NCBI GenBank assembly: GCA_026770705.1
Contig: JANJGN010000052.1
Location: forward strand, 3,534,001 to 3,598,000
From: Isurus oxyrinchus
Taxonomy: Eukaryota
DNA: 64,000 nt
Direction: 5' to 3'
The number at the start of each line of letters is the position of its first letter. The stretch's first letter is position 1. Both the position numbers and the translations under genes were made by a program. Positions 1-13,903 of this stretch are shown one piece after another. The notes beneath the pieces were generated by a model. The model did not search any database. It saw only the letters and a program-made list of their open reading frames with translations, and was not told the origin of the DNA.

Positions 1-199
1 TCAATTGACAGACTTGCATTCTCCTGCAGGTGTAATGTTGCAGCTCCCTTGAAACTACAAATACTGTTGAAACTTTCTGCATATTTCAATGTTATGTCCA
101 TGAACTGAGTTGATGGGGTAGTTTCTGAGGTTGACCCATGTCAGGTCTGACAGATTCCATGGATAGTCACTAGTGTGAGGTCACCGCATGCCGGTAGAC

Positions 200-2307
200 T
201 TGCAATTGCTCAGCCTTTAGTCTCCACAATGTAGAACATCTGTGACACCCAGGAGGATTGATTGTACTTGCACCCCAGGACTATGTATTCCGCACATGGA
301 GTTGGTGAAGTGTTGTGCACAGCAGTAGGTTTCCCCATGGACTTCCATGTCCTTGGATATATGTCTTTGAAAATTTGCTGGGGTGGGCTGGGGGAGGGGA
401 ATGTTGGCACTTGCCCTTGTGTCACTCTTGGCCAATAAAGGGGAGGTAGCCACTTTCTCAGGGCAGATAATTGGAATCTTGGCCAATAGTGCGGGTGATG
501 TGACAGCATCTGTTCTCCGTGAGATCGATGGTGTAAAAGGTGTGAAATTGTTCAACAATTGCACAAAACGTTGAGCACAAATGTTGCACAAACTCTAGGC
601 CGGGGTTTTCCGGCCCGGTCATGGTGGGACCTGCCTTGGGAGATTGGGACAAATATAAATCCATTGGCTTTCGGCCGGACCGGACAATCCTGGCAGTGGG
701 TGGGGCCAGAAAATCCTACCACTATGGGACATTTTCAGTTTATTTGATGTGCCCAGAGAGATCACTATGGACAACAATCCACAATTTATTGACAAGCCAC
801 GACAGGATATGTGTGAGAGGTGGAATATCGATCACCGCACCTCGTCTCGCCGTGCACATCATCGCCATTTCCTGGTTTGTCAGTCACCACATGTATATGT
901 TCCTGATGGGATAGTGGATGGTCATTCTTATTGATTGAAGGTTCCCCGTTGTGTAGGGTCTGTTTGGATCAGCGCACGGCTCTTTGCAGCTGCATCAGCC
1001 TTTGCTCTAGTGCTCTGCCGCTGTCACTGGCCCTTTCTGCCACAAGCCTTGCAGGATTGGTGGAAAGCTGGGCATTTCCTTGGTGCCTGCAGAAGGCCAC
1101 ACCTTCCACACGTCTCACTAGGTTTGGATGTTCTAGTGAGTGTGTCAACAATTGATGTTGTACTGAGGACCTGTAAGCTTCGTTGACCTGCGAGGATCAC
1201 TTCGTATTTATGTCCATCCTTGAGTAGCTCTTCAATGCTATAGGTTTTGGTCTTATCTAGCAGATCTTTCTGGAAGGCTTCCATGGGAGTGGATGCGATC
1301 ACCAACTCAACAACTGTGTCTGCAGGCTCTGTGTTTGAAATCACAGTGCGTACCCTTTTCTCTACATCGGCTGATGAAGTGGTCTATGGATTGTGTAGGC
1401 TGATGAAATGACATAAACTCTAGTTGATGAATATGGAGTTTCACCTGATTCTGAACCTGTCTTCCAATATCGTCCATATCTATTGGGGATCCTTTCGCTC
1501 TTCTGCTGTTAATCCTGACGTGTTCAGCCTGTGTAGACCTTCATTCCCAATCACGAGGTGAATTTTTATGGCTTGTTCGTCTGGTTCAGTCACACCTGAA
1601 TCAGGAAACCAGAGCTCTGTACGCTGTTTAAACATTCTGAATTCAGATAGTCGGTCAGCTACATCCCAGTTCAAACTGGGGAATTTCATGGACATTCTGA
1701 CAATATTCCTTTGACCTTCCTTCTCCTACAGGACCTGGGATGAGTGTCGCTTTAGCCCCTTTCGTGCGCTTTTCCGAAGCTCCGCCCACAAAGATGGGTT
1801 GTGGCAGGAACACACCACGGAGTAATGGAGTCTTTGTTTTTTATTCAATTTGCTGTTCAGCAATCTCGAAGCCGTCCGTTATAATCACTAACTTCTCTGG
1901 GCTGATTTTTATAATGGTTTTTGTGTGTTTGACTCTCCCTCGCTCACTATCGATCCAGCCCACACCCGGGTCCCTCGCCTTCCCTGACTGAGCTAACCCG
2001 CTGCTGGTCCTGGCGATACACACTGTCCCACTCACTGACCTACAGGCCGTGTGCTGTAATCTCACCACGAGGGATCCGTCTGCTCCCCAGCTCATTACTT
2101 GAGCTCTTTCCCGTCACTGTGTCTTCAAAGGTTTCCTGAGCAGTCAGTACACTGCGATTTCAACCCTCTCTGATGCTGTGTCTCTGTTGTGGTCTGACCA
2201 AAGCATCGAGGATCATCTCATGTCATGTAGCTCGATCTCAGGCTGTTCACCATGTCATACCTGTACTGAATCTTGCGGCCAGAATGTTTGGCCACCGCTG
2301 ATCACCA
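200..2307 (-). mobile_element. Degraded Ty3/Gypsy LTR retrotransposon, gag-protease region
   Basis: Minus-strand fragments: gag N-terminus (1480-1695, FPSLNWDVADRLSEFRMFKQR), zinc-knuckle-like CGRCG..CPAF..CKACGRKG (1024-1344), and a degenerate aspartyl protease motif AKSDTRASANI (217-591). A PBS-like TGGTGATCAGCGG follows ...AACA at 2308. Stops and frameshifts throughout. Confidence 0.8.
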
Positions 2308-3815
2308 TGTTATGTTTTTATAATGATATAAAGGCACCAGCCACTGATACGGAATTGGGTAAATACATTGTGGGTTCAGTTATTTAGAATGGGGACATGA
2401 GAACAGATATACAAGGATAGAAAGCTGGGAGACACCTGCAGCCAAACTGTGTGAGCTGTGTTCTGCTCACAGGCCAAAGTGAAACTTGGACTGGATGGTG
2501 TTATCATCCCAGCTGATGTTACTACTGGGCAAGTCAGATCCCAGGGTGGAACTCAGCTTGATAGGTCCTAACTTTTATTTTTTATTTAGGAATGTGGAGT
2601 GCTGCTACTGAACAGAGTCACAGGAATCATCTGATGACCTTCTAACAAAAGAATAAAACATTTATTAAACTAGGAAAGACAAACTATATTACATTACTCC
2701 TTCACCCAGACCTATACCTTTACAGATTCATAAGTAGAATACAAGTTACAATAACTATCTTATACTCTCATGTTCACACTAAGTACACAGTTCATGCAAA
2801 CCAATAGACGACCTGGTGTCAGGGACACCACATTCTGTAACCAAGTGATAGACCCCAATTGGAACAAATGCTATGGGTTTCAGCTCAACTGACTCCAGAC
2901 ACTTGTTTCACCATGAGGCAACTGGTCTTACAAAACTGTATCTTTCACATGAGAGTTTCCAATCTCTACTCACCAAGTGCTCTCTTTGGAATCTTCTCCA
3001 ACATGACACTTTCACTCAGAGACCTTCCACAAGGGTCCACTTCCACGATTTCAAACTCTCCTTCCCATGTTCCTGCCCCCTGGATCGCCACATGCATTCA
3101 GCCTTCCTTCTACGCGTTGTCTCTCCAATGCTCAGTCATGCCAATGGAACACCATGGCTTCACATGGTCATAGTAAGAAGACATCAACATTTAGCTGTCT
3201 CCTATGATCTTCTGGCTTCTAATCAGCCTTTTTTGCTTTAGGTCTGTGTCCTTTTGCTTTTTCTCTTTTAGCTTGGATCCCTCCTCTGCTCCTCAATCTT
3301 ATCTCGACTTAACAGGACCTTTTTCAGATTCCTGATCTTCTTTGGAGTAGAAGGTCTTCTTGGCTCTTTCTCCTGTTCCACTCGATAGTTTTGGCTTCTT
3401 CTTTACTTTGGGACTGACTATCTGTCCCGCTCCTTTGCTGCTTCTCCTGGCAACTCCTTTCAACCAAACTGAAAGCACATTTCTGTTTTTCTCTGTCTCT
3501 ATGGGTCCGTCCCTCTGGATCACTGTTGCTTAGCAATAGCACAGTTTCTTACACCTTGTGTTTGTTTTGACTTTCCTTCAAGAGACATCAAACCCCATTA
3601 GATTGCTAAACGAAAATGAAACCAAAACTGAAGTTTCCCCCTTTCTTAACACACAAATACAGAAATCAAACTAAACTTGAACTTAAACATATACCTTATC
3701 CCTAACACACACAAATACACATAGAACTTACTTAAGCTATACCCAATTCCTAAAATCACATGACACACTTCCCCTCGAGTGATGTCATGCTGCTGTCCCT
3801 GAAAGGCATATTACA
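2308..3815 (-). mobile_element. Probable 5' LTR of the Gypsy element, apparently with a nested LTR-like insertion (~2499-3765)
   Basis: TG..CA ends adjacent to the PBS-like site. Inner boundaries were set by eye and no TSD was confirmed. Confidence 0.4.
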
Positions 3816-3839
3816 GCAGTGTTATCACTTGGCAGGTGA

Positions 3840-4745
3840 TGTGTGCCAGGCAGACCAAGTCCATGAGAGAAAGATGGTCACATGATCATAATGATTTTGC
3901 AATTTGTATTTATTATGAGATGTGTGCACTGAATTCAGAAGCAATAATTACACAAAGACCTTTAGCGATTTGAAAATTAAATTAAAATACTTGCTCTCAA
4001 AATAAATGATTTGAAGCACATACATAACTCTACAATTACCACTATAATAATTCTTAAAATTCTGAATTAAACTGACTCCCAGTTACACTCCCTTTAAGGC
4101 AACGGTCCAAAAATAGACTTTATATTTAAAACAAACCCAGCAAGTTAACACAATATAAAAGCAATACCCTGCACAGAGGAATTCCAAGTGGCTTTTCCCC
4201 AACTTCAGTTCTGTTGGATAGCAGGCTTGTGCACAAATGCTAGAGGTTTCATTAAGACTATATCACACACTCGTGTTAGATCTTACATGGCATTCTGACA
4301 CATAGCCTTTCATTCTCCCTGATAGATATATATTTCTCTCTTTGTAACATGAAAATTCTATTGTTCCATATGTTTTTGAAACTGTATATTCCACATAACA
4401 AACTCTTTCGTGGTGCCCATATTGCCAGGAGCCTTTGAGAAAAATAAACACATTCCTTAGTCTTGCTTATCTGGCTAGTTGTAAACAAGCTAAGATTCCT
4501 TTGAAATCCAACAACCCCTTCATTGATAGAAAAATGCAAATTCTCTTCATACCTTCCATGCTAAGCAGCATCCATGTTTCCTCAATAGCATGTCAAGCAC
4601 CTAGCTCCTTTTGATCATTTTAAACTTCCAATCTAATTAACTCCAAATGTACTTAAATCACATGCAGACCCATCATGCGTACCCCCATAAACCTACTTCA
4701 CAATATACTATAAAATATTATGAAAATTATTATACTTACATCACA
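3840..4745. mobile_element. Interspersed repeat (solo-LTR-like), homologous to 51860-52730
   Basis: Shares collinear blocks with 51860-52730: gtgtgcactgaattcag, ctgactcccagttaca, ttagatcttacatggc, atagcctttcattctcc. Confidence 0.6.
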
Positions 4746-5148
4746 ATAGGAACCACTGCCTTAGACACTGAGGATCTAGGACAGCTAGGCCAATTCATGA
4801 TTCATGATGGTGATAATGGGGGAATTCTGAAGGCTCCTAATCCATTGTCCTACGTTGTAAATCAGCAGTGAACTCACTTCAATTAGTGTGTCTTGTAGAC
4901 ACTGTGTTGGGTGGCAGACTGACTTCACTAAATAGGTACCTGAGGGTCATGAGCCAATTTAGAATGAACTTGTCCACTCCTGTGTCCGGAATTCTCTTCA
5001 ATCTGTTGTGAAACCTTGGGGCATTCATTGTGTGACCTGTGGATTATCCAGACTGCAGCCTGTGTGCCCCAGTGATGGAGGGGGTGAATATTGAGTCTAG
5101 TGGATTGAGAAAACATTCAGAGTTAAATATTGATATTTCTCTCCCTAG

Positions 5149-5523
5149 TTGGACTATCACAAGTGTGGAAAGGTTACACTCCAGGAGAGGTGACAGCGCA
5201 GGAAGGTTCGTGTGTACAGATTCCATGTAATTACAGTTATCCATCATATTTAGTAGCGAGATCACCAGTCGGAATCTGGTATATGAGAAGGAATTGGGAA
5301 AAATGGAATGAACGGTCTATAGCCTTTCACTCCAAGGATCATAATCGCGAGTTACCACAGTTCCACCATCGGACCCAGCTGTCTGGAGACCTGAAAGATG
5401 GCGACTGTTCCCTGATTATAAACAACATCAGACGGGAAGATGCAGGATATTATTTATTCAGCCTAGAATTTGACAACAGGAATAGATACAACGACCGTCC
5501 TGAAACCCAGCTTCACGTTTCTG
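5149..5523 (+). CDS. Siglec gene A, V-set exon V0 (essential Arg replaced by Ser)
   Basis: ctccctAG acceptor, G|GTAAGT donor, 375 nt, phase 1-1. Siglec V motifs VTAQEGSCVQIPC, GIWY, LSGDLKDGDCSLII; F strand reads YYLFSLE. Confidence 0.92.
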
Positions 5524-5689
5524 GTAAGTGCTGTGTTATAATTACTCAACAATTCACATCCAACACTCAATGGGAAATAATAGTGTTTGATTTGCTTGTT
5601 TTTTGGCCGTGTTAACCAGCGCCACTATTTTTAATGATTTGTCTATTTCTGCTCCCAGATCCATAAGCTTATTGTGTGTGATTGAATCC

Positions 5690-7520
5690 ACATCATAGCT
5701 GTAACATAAACCGAGCTGAGGGGTGATGACACCTCCCCCCTGAGTGAAGTATCTCCTCCCCACTACACCTTCCACCCCTCACACTGTCCGTGTAAACCCC
5801 CGTCCCATCTCCAGCCTCTCTTTCCCCTCCAAAGTCCTGCAACCTGTTTCCATCTCCCGAATCTGTTCCCATCTTTCCCGGAACTCCATGTTTGAATCCC
5901 TCCAATCAGGTTCCCACCCCAGCCACTGTGCTGAAACAGCTCTTATCAAGGTCACAAATGGCATCCTGTGTGACTGTGACAAAGGTCAACTTTCCCTCCT
6001 CGTCCTTCTCGATCTGTCTGCAGCCTTTGACACGCTCGACCACACCATCCTCCTCCAACACCTCTCCACTGTGGTCCAGCTGGGTGGGACTGCTCTCCCC
6101 TGGCTCCATTCTTATCCATCTCATCGTAGCCAGAGAATCACTTGCAATGGCTTTGCAGCATCATCTGAACAGTGTTAGTTTTCACCTGTCCACTGAGGAT
6201 CCCCAGCTCTACCTCACCACCACCTCTCTCGACTCCTCCACTGCTGCTAAATTATCAGGCTGCTTATCCGACATCCAGTACTGGATGGGCAGAAATTCCC
6301 TCCAATTAAATATTGGAAAGACTGAAGCCATTGTCTTCATTCCCCGCTCCAAACTCTGTTCCCTCGCTACCAACTCCATTCCTCTCCCTGGCAGCTCTCT
6401 GAGATTGAAGCCAATCTGTTCACAGCTTTGTTGTCCCATTTGATCCTGAGATGAGCTTCCGGCCTCCTATCTGCGCCCTCACTAACACCGTCTATTTCCA
6501 CCTCCGTAACATCGCACGACGTCACCCTGTCTCAGCTCATCTGCTGCTGAAACCCTCATCCACGCCTTCATTACCTCCAGTCTCGACTGTTCCAACACAC
6601 GCTCTACACTCCATAAACTTGAGGCCATCCAAAACTGCTGACCACGTCCTTACTCACACCAAGTCCCGTTCCCTTATCACCCGCTCTGCTCGATGACCGA
6701 GACTGGCTCCTGGTCAAGCAAAATGTCAACGTCCAAATTTTCATCTTTGTTTCCTCACTATCTCTGTAATCTCCTCGTCCTCCTCCAGTACCTACAACCA
6801 TCCCATTCTCTGTAACCTCTTCAAGCCTCTACCGCTTCCCTATATCTGTAAATTCATCCTGCCCAACAAACCTACCAATCTCTGCAACCTCCTCCAGCCA
6901 CTACAAACCTCCCTATTTCTGTAACTTCCTCCTGCCCCTAAAAGCTTCCCTATCTCTGTAGCCTGCTCCAGTCCTGACAACTTTCCCTGCCCCTGTAACC
7001 TGCCCCAGTCACTACAACCCTCCCGACCTCTGCAAACTCCTCCAGACCCTACACTCTCCCAATCTCTCTTAACTTTTCCAGCCCCTACAAACCTCCCTAT
7101 CACTATAACTCCTCCAATCACTACAAACCTCGCTATCTCTGTAACCTCCTCCAGCCCCTACAACCCTCCCTATCTCTGTAACCTCCTCCAGACCCACCAA
7201 CCTTCAGAGGTCTCTGCGCTCCTCCAATTCCAGCCTCTTGACCATCCCCCGATCTCAACACTCTAACATTGGTGGCCATGCCTTCAGCTGCCTGGGGACC
7301 GAGCTCTGTAATACCCTCCCTTAAGCCCTCTCCGTCCCTCACACTCACTCTCTCTCTCTCACTAACCATTTCATCCCTCTTTTAAGTTTCTCCATAACAC
7401 CGATCCCTTCTGGTCAGCTGTCGCTAATATCTCCACATGTGTCTGCGTGACATACTTTGTTTTATGACGCTCCTGTGTAGCACCTTGGGGTGATTTGTCA
7501 TGTTCAAGTTGTTGTGAAAA
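5690..7520 (+). mobile_element. L2/CR1-clade LINE fragment (RT) with ~37-bp minisatellite (6760-7200) and 3' tail
   Basis: HCAETALIKVTNGIL..LLVLLDLSAAFDTLDH and DPQLYL..LSDIQYWM..LQLNIGKTEAI are RT motifs, frameshifted. Tandem ctgtaacctcctccagcccctacaaccctccctatct units follow. Confidence 0.85.
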
Positions 7521-8927
7521 TATAAGTTGTTGCCCTTTGACCCTCGACCCCAGATTGAGTCTTATTTTTGAGGGAATGTACAACCTGCTTAGATTTCTGA
7601 CCAAAGTGTCATTTGATTATTTTTATTGAGCGAATGCCAAGCCCCGATACCGAGCGAGAGCCTCCTCATTTGCTGAGTTCAAGGTGATGAGTCAGCCCCT
7701 TAGTCCGTAGAGGGGATTCTCCTCGGTAATGTACAGCCTTGTTTGTGTCTCTCCACAAGCGCATGAGGGATTTGTACAGAGGCTGCAGCGCTGGAGGGGG
7801 TCTGCACAGGGGTCCTGGCCTGTCCTGAGCTGGTTTTAGCAAGGACCACTCTGGCCTTGGCAGCTGAAAGCCAGCCATTGGACAGACAGGGCCTGTCACA
7901 AGGAGCCTGTTAGTCACTCCCCCCCGTGTCTCCTGTGCTCGGATCCAGACCATGTTGGCTGGTGGATCTGGCTCAGGAAGGGTCCTCCCCATGGGACCCC
8001 CAGATGGAAGGTGGGTCGAGCGGGTCAGTCACTTGCATGTTTATTCTGCAGCTTTAATATTTTAAGAAGGTAAGAATGTAGGAACATAAGAAATAGGGAC
8101 AGCAGCAGGCCATTCGGCCCCTCCAGCCTGCCCTCGCTGATCTGGTTGTGGCCTTAACTCCATTTTCCTGCCTGTCCCCCAAACCCTTGACTCCCTTGTC
8201 GATCAAAAACCTGCCTCACTCAGCCTTGAGTCTATTCAATGGCCCAGCCTCCACTGCTCTCTGGGGAAGAGAATTCCACAGGCTAGCGCCCCTCTGAGAG
8301 AGGAAATTCCTCCTCATCTCAGTCTTAAATGGGAGAGTCCTCATTCCGAAACTGTGCTCCCTGGTTCTAGATTCCCCCACGAGGGGGAAACATCCTCCCA
8401 GCATCCACCCTGTCAAGCCCCCTCGGAATTGGATATGTTTCAATAAGGTCACCCCTCATTCTTCTAAACTCCAATGGATACAGGCCCAACCTGCTCAACA
8501 TTTCCTCACAGGACAAACCCTTTAATCCCAGGAATCAGCCCAGTGAAGCTTCTCTGAACTGCCTGTACACAATGATCCTGTTACAATCTCACTAACGCCC
8601 TGTGCAGCTGTTGCAAGACTTCCCTCCTTTTATACTCCATCCCTTTGCAATAAAGGCCAACATTCCACTTGCCTTCCTCATTCCGTGGTGTTCCTGAATG
8701 CTGACTTTCTGTGATTCATGTACAAGGACACCCAGATCCCTCTGTACTGCATTCTGCAGCCTGTCTCCATTTAAATAATATCCTGTTTTTCTATTCTTCC
8801 TGCCAAAATAATTTGTTGCCATTCTCCTCAGTATTGACCATCCCCCCAATTCAGCCTCATCTGTAAATTTTGAGTCTAGTGGATCCAGAAACCATCCAGA
8901 GATAAATATTGAGATTTCTCTCCCCAG

Positions 8928-9296
8928 TTGGACTGTCACAAGAGTGGAAAGGTGACACTCCACGAGAGGTGACAGCTCAGGAAGGTTCGTGTGTACAGAT
9001 TCCATGTCATTACAGTTATCCATCGTGTCTGGAAAACCAACCGCGAGGTGGACTCTGGTTTAATAATGAGAAACAGATTCCCTGGGCTCCCATTGCCTTT
9101 CACTCCAAGGATCACAGTCACGAGTTACCACGGTTCCGCCATCGGACCCGGCTGTCTGGAGACCTGAAAGATGGCGACTGTTCCCTGATTATAAACAACA
9201 TCAGACGGGAAGATGCAGGACCTTATTTTTTCAGAATAGAATTTGACAATGGTCCGAGCCATAACTATTACCCTGTAACCCAGCTTCACGTTTCTG
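8928..9296 (+). CDS. Siglec gene A, V-set exon V1 (subtype a)
   Basis: tccccAG acceptor, G|GTAAGT donor, 369 nt, open. GSCVQIPC, DCSLII and YFFRIE (essential Arg) present. Confidence 0.92.
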
Positions 9297-11230
9297 GTAA
9301 GTGCTGTGTTATAATTACTCAACAATTCTCATTCAACACTCAATGGGAATTAACACAAACTGTGACGTTTACATATTAACACAAAACACAGTTTATTATA
9401 ACACACTGTCTGATTCTCAATAACCTGGTGATAGCTTCCAGTTCAGTCCTAAAGCAATGTCTAATACTCACTTTAATATCAATGATTAAATGTGTTGACT
9501 GTGTCTATCAATGTTATCAGTTTATCCACTCCCATCAATCTCTCAAATCCTGTCTTGAAGTCTGACATATCGACAGAAGAAAGATTTACATTTCTACAGC
9601 GCCTTTCACCACCCTAGACTTCCCACCCTAAACCTCTCCCTCTCCCTCTTCCTCTCCCTCTCTCTCTCTCTCTCTCTGTCTCTTTCTCTGTCTCTCCATA
9701 ACACCGACCTCTTCTGGTCAGCTGTCGCTAATATCTACACGTGTCTGGGTGACATACTTTGTTTTATGACGCTCCTGTGTAGCACCTTGAGGTGATTTGT
9801 CATGTTAAAGTTGTTGTGAAAATATAAGTTGTTGCCCTTTGACTCTCGACCCCAGATCGAGTCTTATTTTTGAGGGAATGTACAACCTCCTTAGATTTCT
9901 GACCAAAATGTCATTTGATTATTTTTATTGAGCGAATGCCAAGCCCCGATACCGAGCGAGAGCCTCCTCATTTGCCGAGTTTAGGGTGATGAGTCAGCCC
10001 CTTAGTCCGTAGAGGGGATTCTCCTCGGTAATGAGCAGCCTTGTTTGTGTCTCTCCACAAGCGCATGAGGGATTTGTACAGAGGCTGCAGCGCTGGAGGG
10101 GGTCTGCACAGGGGTCCTGGCCTGTCCTGAGCCGGTTTTAGCAAGGACAACTCTGGCCTTGGCAGCTGAAAGCCAGCCATTGGACAGACGGGGCCTGTCA
10201 CAAGGAGCCTGTTAGTCACTCCCCCCCCGTGTCTCCTGTGCTCGGATCCAGACCATGTTGGCTGGTGGATCTGGCTCAGGAAGGGTCCTCCCCATGGGAC
10301 CCCCAGATGGAAGGTGGGTCGAGCGGGTCAGTCACTTGCATGTTTATTCTGCAGCTTTAATATTTTAAGAAGGTAAGAATGTAGGAACATAAGAAATAGG
10401 GACAGGAGCAGGCCATTCGGCCCCTCCAGCCTGCTCTCACTGATCTGGTTGTGGCCTTAACTCCATTTTCCTGCCTGTCCCCCAAACCCTTGACTCTCTT
10501 GTCGATCAAAAACCTGCCTCACTCAGCCTTGAGTCTATTCAATGGCCCAGCCTCCACTGCTCTCTGGGGAAGAGAATTCCACAGGCTAGCGCCCCTCTGA
10601 GAGAGGAAATTCCTCCTCATCTCAGTCTTAAATGGGAGAGCCCTCATTCTGAAACTGTGCTCCCTGGTTCTAGATTCCCCCACGAGGGGGAAACATCCTC
10701 CCAGCATCCACCCTGTCAAGCCCCCTCGGAATCGGATATGTTTCAATAAGGTCACCCCTCATTCTTCTAAACTCCAATGGATACAGGCCCAACCTGCTCA
10801 ACATTTCCTCACAGGACAAACCCTTTAATCCCAGGAATCAGCCCAGTGAAGCTTCTCTGAACTGCCTGTACACAATGATCCTGTTACAATCTCACTAACG
10901 CCCTGTGCAGCTGTTGCAAGACTTCCCTCCTTTTATACTCCATCCCTTTGCAATAAAGGCCAACATTCCACTTGCCTTCCTCATTCCGTGGTGTTCCTGA
11001 ATGCTGACTTTCTGTGATTCATGTACAAGGACACCCAGATCCCTCTGTACTGCATTCTGCAGCCTGTCTCCATTTAAATAATATCCTGTTTTTCTATTCT
11101 TCCTGCCAAAATAATTTGTTGCCATTCTCCTCAGTATTGACCATCCCCCCAATTCAGCCTCATCTGTAAATTTTGAGTCTAGTGGATCCACAAACCATCC
11201 AGAGATAAATATTGAGATTTCTCTCCCCAG

Positions 11231-11599
11231 TTGGACTGTCACAAGAGTGGAAAGGTGACACTCCACGAGAGGTGACAGCTCAGGAAGGTTCGTGTGTACA
11301 GATTCCATGTCATTACAGTTATCCATCGTGTCTGGAAAACCAACCGCGAGGTGGACTCTGGTTTAATAATGAGAAACAGATTCCCTGGGCTCCCATTGCC
11401 TTTCACTCCAAGGATCACAGTCACGAGTTACCACGGTTCCGCCATCGGACCCGGCTGTCTGGAGACCTGAAAGATGGCGACTGTTCCCTGATTATAAACA
11501 ACATCAGACGGGAAGATGCAGGACCTTATTTTTTCAGAATAGAATTTGACAATGGTCCGAGCCATAACTATTACCCTGTAACCCAGCTTCACGTTTCTG
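11231..11599 (+). CDS. Siglec gene A, V-set exon V2 (subtype a)
   Basis: Same protein as V1; canonical splice sites; 369 nt. Confidence 0.92.
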
Positions 11600-13537
11600 G
11601 TAAGTGCTGTGTTATAATTACTCAACAATTCACATTCAACACTCAATGGGAATTAACACAAACTGTGACGTTTACATATTAACACAAAACACAGTTTATT
11701 ATAACACACTGTCTGATTCTCAATAACCTGGTGATAGCTTCCAGTTCAGTCCTAAAGCAATGTCTAATACTCACTTTAATATCAATGATTAAATGTGTTG
11801 ACTGTGTCTATCAATGTTATCAGTTTATCCACTCCCATCAATCTCTCAAATCCTGTCTTGAAGTCTGACATATCGACAGAAGAAAGATTTACATTTCTAC
11901 AGCGCCTTTCACCACCCTAGACTTCCCACCCTAAACCTCTCCCTCTCCCTCTTCCTCTCCCTCTCTCTCTCTCTCTCTCTGTCTCTTTCTCTCTGTCTCT
12001 CCATAACACCGACCTCTTCTGGCCAGCTGTCGCTAATATCTCCACATGTGTCTGGGTGACATACTTTGTTTTATGACGCTCCTGTGTAGCACCTTGAGGT
12101 GATTTGTCATGTTAAAGTTGTTGTGAAAATATAAGTTGTTGCCCTTTGACTCTCGACCCCAGATCGAGTCTTATTTTTGAGGGAATGTACAACCTCCTTA
12201 GATTTCTGACCAAAATGTCATTTGATTATTTTTATTGAGCGAATGCCAAGCCCCGATACCGAGCGAGAGCCTCCTCATTTGCCGAGTTTAGGGTGATGAG
12301 TCAGCACCTTAGTCTGTAGAGGGGATTCTCCTCGGTAATGAGCAGCCTTGTTTGTGTCTCTCCACAAGCGCATGAGGGGTTTGTACAGAGGCTGCAGCGC
12401 TGGAGGGGGTCTGCACAGGGGTCCTGGCCTGTCCTGAGCCGGTTTTAGCAAGGACCACTCTGGCCTTGGCAGCTGAAAGCCAGCCATTGGACAGACGGGG
12501 CCTGTCACAAGGAGCCTGTTAGTCACTCCCCCCCCGTGTCTCCTGTGCTCGGATCCAGACCATGTTGGCTGGTGGATCTGGCTCAGGAAGGGTCCTCCCC
12601 ATGGGACCCCCAGATGGAAGGTGGGTCGAGCGGGTCATTCACTTGCATGTTTTTTCTGCATCTTTAATATTTTAAGAAGGTAAGAATGTAGGAACATAAG
12701 AAATAGGGACAGGAGCAGGCCATTCGGCCCCTCCAGCCTGCTCTCACTGATCTGGTTGTGGCCTTAACTCCATTTTCCTGCCTGTCCCCCAAACCCTTGA
12801 CTCCCTTGTCGATCAAAAACCTGCCTCACTCAGCCTTGAGTCTATTCAATGGCCCAGCCTCCACTGCTCTCTGGGGAAGAGAATTCCACAGGCTAGCGCC
12901 CCTCTGAGAGAGGAAATTCCTCCTCATCTCAGTCTTAAATGGGAGAGCCCTCATTCTGAAACTGTGCTCCCTGGTTCTAGATTCCCCCACGAGGGGGAAA
13001 CATCCTCCCAGCATCCACCCTGTCAAGCCCCCTCGGAATCGGATATGTTTCAATAAGGTCACCCCTCATTCTTCTAAACTCCAATGGATACAGGCCCAAC
13101 CTGCTCAACATTTCCTCACAGGACAAACCCTTTAATCCCAGGAATCAGCCCAGTGAAGCTTCTCTGAACTGCCTGTACACAATGATCCTGTTACAATCTC
13201 ACTAACGCCCTGTGTAGCTGTTGCAAGACTTCCCTCCTTTTATACTCCATCCCTTTGCAATAAAGGCCAACATTCCACTTGCCTTCCTCATTCCGTGTTG
13301 TTCCTGAATGCTGACTTTCTGTGATTCATGTACCAGGACACCCAGATCCCTCTGTACTGCATACTGCAGCCTGTCACCATTTAAATTATATCCTGTTTTT
13401 CTATTCTTCCTGACAATATAATTTATTGCCATTCTCCTCAGTATTGACCATCCCCCCAATTCAGCCTCATCTGTAAATATCGGGTTCAGTGGATCCACAA
13501 ACCATTCAGAGTTAAATATTGAGATTTCTCTCCCCAG

Positions 13538-13903
13538 CTGAACCCTCACAAGAGTGGAAAGGTGACACTCCACGAGAGGTGACAGTGCAAGAAGGTTCCT
13601 GTGTACAGATTCCATGTCATTATAGTTATCCATCATGTCTGGAAAACCAACCGCGACGTGGAGTCTGGCTTAATAATGAGGAATGGAGAACATCGTCTAT
13701 AGCCTTTCACTCCAAGGATCACAGTCACGAGTTACCACGGTTCCACCATCGGACCCGGCTGTCTGGAGACCTGAAAGATGGCGACTGTTCCCTGATTATA
13801 AACAACATCACATGGGAAGATGTAGGACCTTATTTTTTCAGAATAGAATTTGACAATGGTCCGAGCCATAACTATTACCCTGTAACCCAGGTTCACGTTT
13901 CTG
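13538..13903 (+). CDS. Siglec gene A, V-set exon V3 (subtype b)
   Basis: 366 nt, open, canonical splice sites. RGVWLNNEEWRTSSIAF, NNITWEDVG, YFFRIE. Confidence 0.92.
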
